A stretch of 11,485 nucleotides of DNA from Octopus sinensis (taxonomy: Eukaryota): contig NW_021826979.1 in assembly GCF_006345805.1 (NCBI RefSeq), positions 1 through 11,485 of the forward strand, written 5' to 3'. Made by a program: the position numbers and the translations under genes. Below the pieces are notes generated by a model, which was not told the DNA's origin, made no database searches, and saw only the letters and a list, made by a program, of their open reading frames with translations. Below, piece by piece: positions 7,873-11,485 of this stretch; position 1 is the first letter of the stretch, and each line of letters starts with the position of its first letter.

Positions 7873-8151
7873 CTTAAAATACCTTAAACTTTACCCAACG
7901 AATGAGGAACATAAAAAGAAGGCTATCTGAGAAGAACAGCTACCAAGAAATTGCTCTTTCAACAACGTTAAGCGATAAAACTCATTCTACATCCTCTGGA
8001 TTTCAATGGAGAAAATATGAAAAGAAACGTAAAGTAAATAAAACGATTTGTAAAAGGTACATGATTATTTCAAGATACGGAAGAAACGATTTCTGGATAC
8101 GGACCGGATTTTCCAAGCTGGAACGCAAAAAGCTGTATATTTTGTGCCATC

Positions 8152-8601
8152 TCTCTCCCACTTTCCGTCTCTCTCTTTCCCTTTCTCTTTCTTTACTGTT
8201 CTCTCTCTTTCTCTCTTTCTATCTCTTTCTATCTCTTTCTGTTTTCTCTTTCTTTCTCTTTCTCTCTCTCTCTCTCTTTCTCTCTTTCTACTACTTCCTC
8301 TTTCTTTCTTTCTATCTACCTCTTTTCTCTCTTTTCCGCCCTTCTCGTTCTTGCCCCTCTTTCTTTCTTTCTCTCTTTCTCTCCCTCTCTCTCCGTCTCT
8401 CTCTCCTCTCTCTCTCTTTCTCTCTCCCTTCTCCCCTCCCTCTTTCTCTCTTTCTATCTCTTTCTGTTTTCTCTTTCTTTCTCTTTCTCTCTCTTTGTTT
8501 CTTTGTCTCCTTCTCTCTCTTTCTTTTTCTCTCTCTTTCTTCTCTCTCTCTCCTTCTCTCTCCCTCTCTCTCTCTCCTCTCTCTCTCTCCCTCTCTCTCT
8601 C
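8152..8601. repeat. ~450-bp polypyrimidine (CT/CTTT) low-complexity tract
   Basis: Direct reading; explains the SL-rich and ER-rich ORFs 7902..8606, 8065..8946 and 8144..8620. Confidence 0.96.
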
Positions 8602-8685
8602 AATAGCTTTGAGTGAATGATCTTTCAACATACTGGAGCAACCAGAAAAAAAAAGGAAGAAGATTTTCTGGGAGAGTGTCAAAAT

Positions 8686-8757
8686 AAGAGAAAGAAGAGA
8701 GTGAGAGAGAAAGAAGAGAGAGAGAGAGAAGAATGAGGCAGGAAGAGAAGAAGAGAC
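8686..8757. repeat. Polypurine (GA-rich) tract
   Basis: Direct reading. Confidence 0.9.
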
Positions 8758-8904
8758 CGAAGGACGAGGTGTAAGCAGCTGTTGTGTTAGATTGGCGGAT
8801 ACTCTTTGCTTAATCAGCAAATGGAAAACTAGTTTCTTATCGATTTCTGCCGACTGAATAATGACACAAGCATTGCAGAAGAAGCAACAGTTTATTGAAA
8901 GTAG

Positions 8905-8947
8905 TGTTGGTTTCCAGGAGACTCTGTCATCTGCTGTTCCATTCATT
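8905..8947 (+). repeat. 43-bp perfect direct repeat, copy 2
   Basis: Identical to 7128-7170; embedded in non-repetitive-looking sequence. Confidence 0.97.
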
Positions 8948-8989
8948 TTGATTGAGAAGTGAGTGAGTTACAGCATCACAACAAACGCT

Positions 8990-9045
8990 ACTTTACATTA
9001 CATGCGCAGAGTCACATGAATTTGTGAAAATGGCGGCGGTGTCAG
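8990..9045. promoter_or_regulatory. Promoter-like motif cluster (NRF1-like and YY1-like)
   Basis: catgcgca at 9001-9008 and aaaatggcggcgg at 9027-9039 in a CpG-containing unique patch. Motif match only. Confidence 0.25.
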
Positions 9046-9151
9046 CGATAAGTTACCGACGTACAAATGGACGATGTACACAAACAGTTAAGGGAATAGC
9101 AGAGTCAGAAAAAATACATATCGGATAAATATGTGCAGCGTTATTGCTGTA

Positions 9152-9161
9152 AATAATAATA

Positions 9162-9232
<71 letters not shown>

Positions 9233-9355
9233 AATAATAATAATAAGAAGAAAAATAAGAAGAAGAAAAATAAGGAGGAGGAGGAGGAGGAGGGAAGGAG
9301 GAGGAGAAGGGGAAGGAGAAGAAGAAGAAGAAGAAGAAGAAGAAGAAGAAGAAGA
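9152..9355. repeat. Compound trinucleotide array (AAT)(GAT)n(AAT)(AAG)(GAG)(GAA)n
   Basis: Direct reading; explains the poly-D, poly-M, poly-I and poly-E ORFs. Confidence 0.97.
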
Positions 9356-9860
9356 ATGGAAGCTGTGCGAAAAGTGGGAGGGGCTAGAGAGAAGCAAGAG
9401 GTGGTATGAGCACAGACCGCGGAGAGTAACAGAGTCGGAGACTAGCAAAAATCCTCTGGGATTTCCCAATCCAAACAGATCAGGTGCTAGAGCATAACAA
9501 ACTGGACCTAGTGGTGGTGGACAAGGTGCACTAAATATGCTATGCAGTTGATGGTGCATGTCCCTTTGATCCACGGATAGTCAAGGAGGAAGGTGAGAAG
9601 ATAGATAGATATAACCTTCCTAAGTACGAAATAGCCCGGCTATGGAAAAAGAAGGTGAATATAGTGCCAGTTATTGTTGTGTCAGAAGGTATCAGGAGGA
9701 ATATAAAGGAAATTGCAATAGAGTGTCCAGTAGAACTGTTACAAAAGGTTTGCTTTCCTGGCACGGCCAGAATAATCAGGAAAGCATTAGACAGCTGAAA
9801 AGAGCGAATAGCGAGGTCCCGTAAACTGCAGGTAGCAAGCCCGCTACGCATGAAAGACTC
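9356..9860 (+). mobile_element. R4/Dong/Rex6-like non-LTR retrotransposon 3' fragment (RLE domain, stop, 3' UTR), copy 1
   Basis: WKLCEKW..WYEHRP..[fs]ILWDFPIQTDQVLEHNKLDLVVVDK..DGACPFD..YEIARLW..LLQKVCFPGTARIIRKALDS*, with stop at 9796-9798. Clade assignment is from recalled motifs. Confidence 0.85.
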
Positions 9861-10441
9861 CAGGATCAAGCGATAAAAACTAACAATTTGAGAAAAAATA
9901 TATGTGGAGAGAATGTGTCGGGAAAAAGTAGAGCCTTTTGGAACGAGACAGTGGCACGCTTTGTGGAAGAATGCTCCAAATTGGCACAGTAGGAATATAA
10001 GAAATGGAGGCACGACAAGGTTGTAAAAGTTTTACATTGGAAGCAAACCAGAAACGGGGATTTGAAACTCGAAAAACATGGTGTAATCATCGAGTCGGAA
10101 GAGTAATGGAGTCGGAAAATGTAAGATTTTGTGGGACTTTCCTATCCAACCGGACAAGAAATTAGAAGATAATAGACCAAATACAACGATTGCAGATAAG
10201 GGAAAGCGAAGTTACTTACTTACCGACCCATCATGCCCGTTTGATTCCAGGATCGTAAAGAAAGGGGAAGAAAGAATAGAATCCCTTAAAATTTGTAATA
10301 GGAAGAATTTGGGGCATGCGAACAGTAAAGTTCGTGCCTATAATAATTGGTGCGCTGGGAACAGAAAGCAAAAATATAGACAAATGGCTGAAGGAGATTG
10401 AAATAGAATGCCCGGTAGAGTTCCTACACAAAGTTTGTCTC

Positions 10442-10444
<3 letters not shown>
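9861..10444 (+). mobile_element. R4/Dong/Rex6-like non-LTR fragment (degenerate CCHC plus RLE), copy 2
   Basis: QDQAIKTN..NETVARFVEECSKLAQ*EYKKWRHDKVVKVLHW..LWDFPIQPDKKLEDNRPN..DPSCPFDSRI..PIIIGALG..CPVEFLHKVCL; ends at a TACA tract before the stop. Confidence 0.87.
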
Positions 10445-10472
<28 letters not shown>

Positions 10473-10473
10473 C
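10443..10473. repeat. (TACA)n
   Basis: Direct reading. Confidence 0.95.
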
Positions 10474-10484
10474 AAACAAAATAC

Positions 10485-10592
10485 CCAGTGGTTAATGTTC
10501 TAATTCCAATGAAGGGACCTTGGATCTAGGTTAGAAACCGGCTCTTTATTGGTAAGAAATCTTGAAATAAAACTGAATAATGATACATACAT
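10485..10592 (+). mobile_element. Probable retroposon 3'-end fragment with TACA tail
   Basis: ttggatctaggttagaaaccggctct...aagaaatcttgaaataaaactgaataatga-tacatacata resembles an octopus repeat end I recall; unverified. Confidence 0.45.
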
Positions 10593-10642
10593 AAAATGAT
10601 GAAAAAATTGTTTTCATCTTACACCTCCTCTCTTTATATTAT

Positions 10643-10645
<3 letters not shown>

Positions 10646-10682
<37 letters not shown>

Positions 10683-10699
10683 GTGTGTGTGTGTGTGTG
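10646..10699. repeat. (GT)n microsatellite
   Basis: Direct reading. Confidence 0.96.
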
Positions 10700-10826
10700 G
10701 TATGGTATAAATGTGTGGCATATCCAGAGAAACATTCAACCGGATACTGGGTTATCAAGACTGTCGGTTTCCAGACCAATACCAGAATTCTTCAAGTGTA
10801 GAAAATCCTGGTTTCAGGATGGTGAT

Positions 10827-11062
10827 ACATATATATATGTGTGGGTGTGTGTGTGTGGTGTATATATATATCTATATATATTACTACATATATATATATA
10901 TATTATTATATATATATATATACTAATACAATTGGTTATTTGTATTCCACCTGCCTTCGTCTTTTGTCTATTTTCATAAAGCTTCCCGTTAATATATATA
11001 TATACATACATACACACGCACACACATACACATGCACACACACACACACACACACATATATA
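10827..11062. repeat. TA / GT / CA microsatellite cluster
   Basis: Direct reading; a short unique spacer lies at ~10930-10990. Confidence 0.9.
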
Positions 11063-11189
11063 ATAGAACTTAATACTGGAAGGTGGGGGGGTTGTATTAT
11101 TTTTAATCGACAAACTAAACTTCGAGCATGAACGAAACACTCAGCTCTTGAGTCAGTTTGTGACTTATGGCGAGTAAAAATAATAAAAG

Positions 11190-11303
11190 TGTGAGTGAGA
11201 GAGAAGGAGCGAGAGAGATAGGGAAGGAGGGACGGAGGGAGAGAGGGAGAGAGGGAGAGAGCGTATGTGTGAGTGAGAGATCGCTTGTGTGTGTGTGTGT
11301 GTG
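11190..11303. repeat. GA-rich and (GT)n tract
   Basis: Direct reading. Confidence 0.88.
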
Positions 11304-11485
11304 GTGGAGGGCTTCAATACATTTGTATTATCGTTTCATCATTAAGAAGATTTATTGTATTAAAGCGTAATCAGACGTAGTTTGTGACTAAATTAATTGA
11401 GTGGAATTGATGAGGATAAGACAAACATATTTACATAACCATCACTAGAGACCGTGTCTAGCTACATATGAGATTTACATAACAC

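Noticed and set aside
7882-7925. Minus-strand exon candidate SLLFMFLIRW(VKFK), phase-compatible with 2302-2251
   Set aside because: Both possible donors (GTAAAG, GTATTT) are weak and nothing else supports it.
11156-11389. 11-nt repeat agtttgtgact (11156, 11379) and an AP-1-like tgagtca nearby
   Set aside because: Too short to exceed chance in AT-rich DNA.
1-11485. CRISPR array, rRNA or an intact mobile-element ORF
   Set aside because: No repeat-spacer array or rRNA-like sequence is present. Every RT/RLE fragment carries stops, frameshifts or truncations.

Overview
AT-rich, repeat-dominated eukaryotic DNA. The tRNA-derived SINE families and dense TA/CA/GATA/TACA microsatellites match what I recall of octopus (coleoid cephalopod) genomes; this assignment is from memory and was not searched. 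I found no intact protein-coding gene, and almost all long ORFs in the supplied track are microsatellite artefacts. The window is layered dead retroelements: a ~1.2 kb degraded RTE/BovB-like RT remnant (+) split by a SINE, a second RTE-clade RT fragment (-) facing it, a CR1-like RT fragment, two head-to-tail R4/Dong/Rex6-like restriction-like-endonuclease (RLE) fragments, three tRNA-SINE families (five major copies plus fragments) and a Helitron-like element. Structure these do not explain: (1) a perfect 43-bp direct repeat (7128-7170, 8905-8947) whose first copy sits exactly between a broken CR1 and a headless SINE; (2) a hidden 11-bp minisatellite containing telomere-type repeats; (3) a few minus-strand micro-exon candidates with good splice signals, one carrying a UAG that A-to-I editing could recode; (4) a promoter-like patch near 9.0 kb. 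The exon and promoter calls are weak hypotheses.
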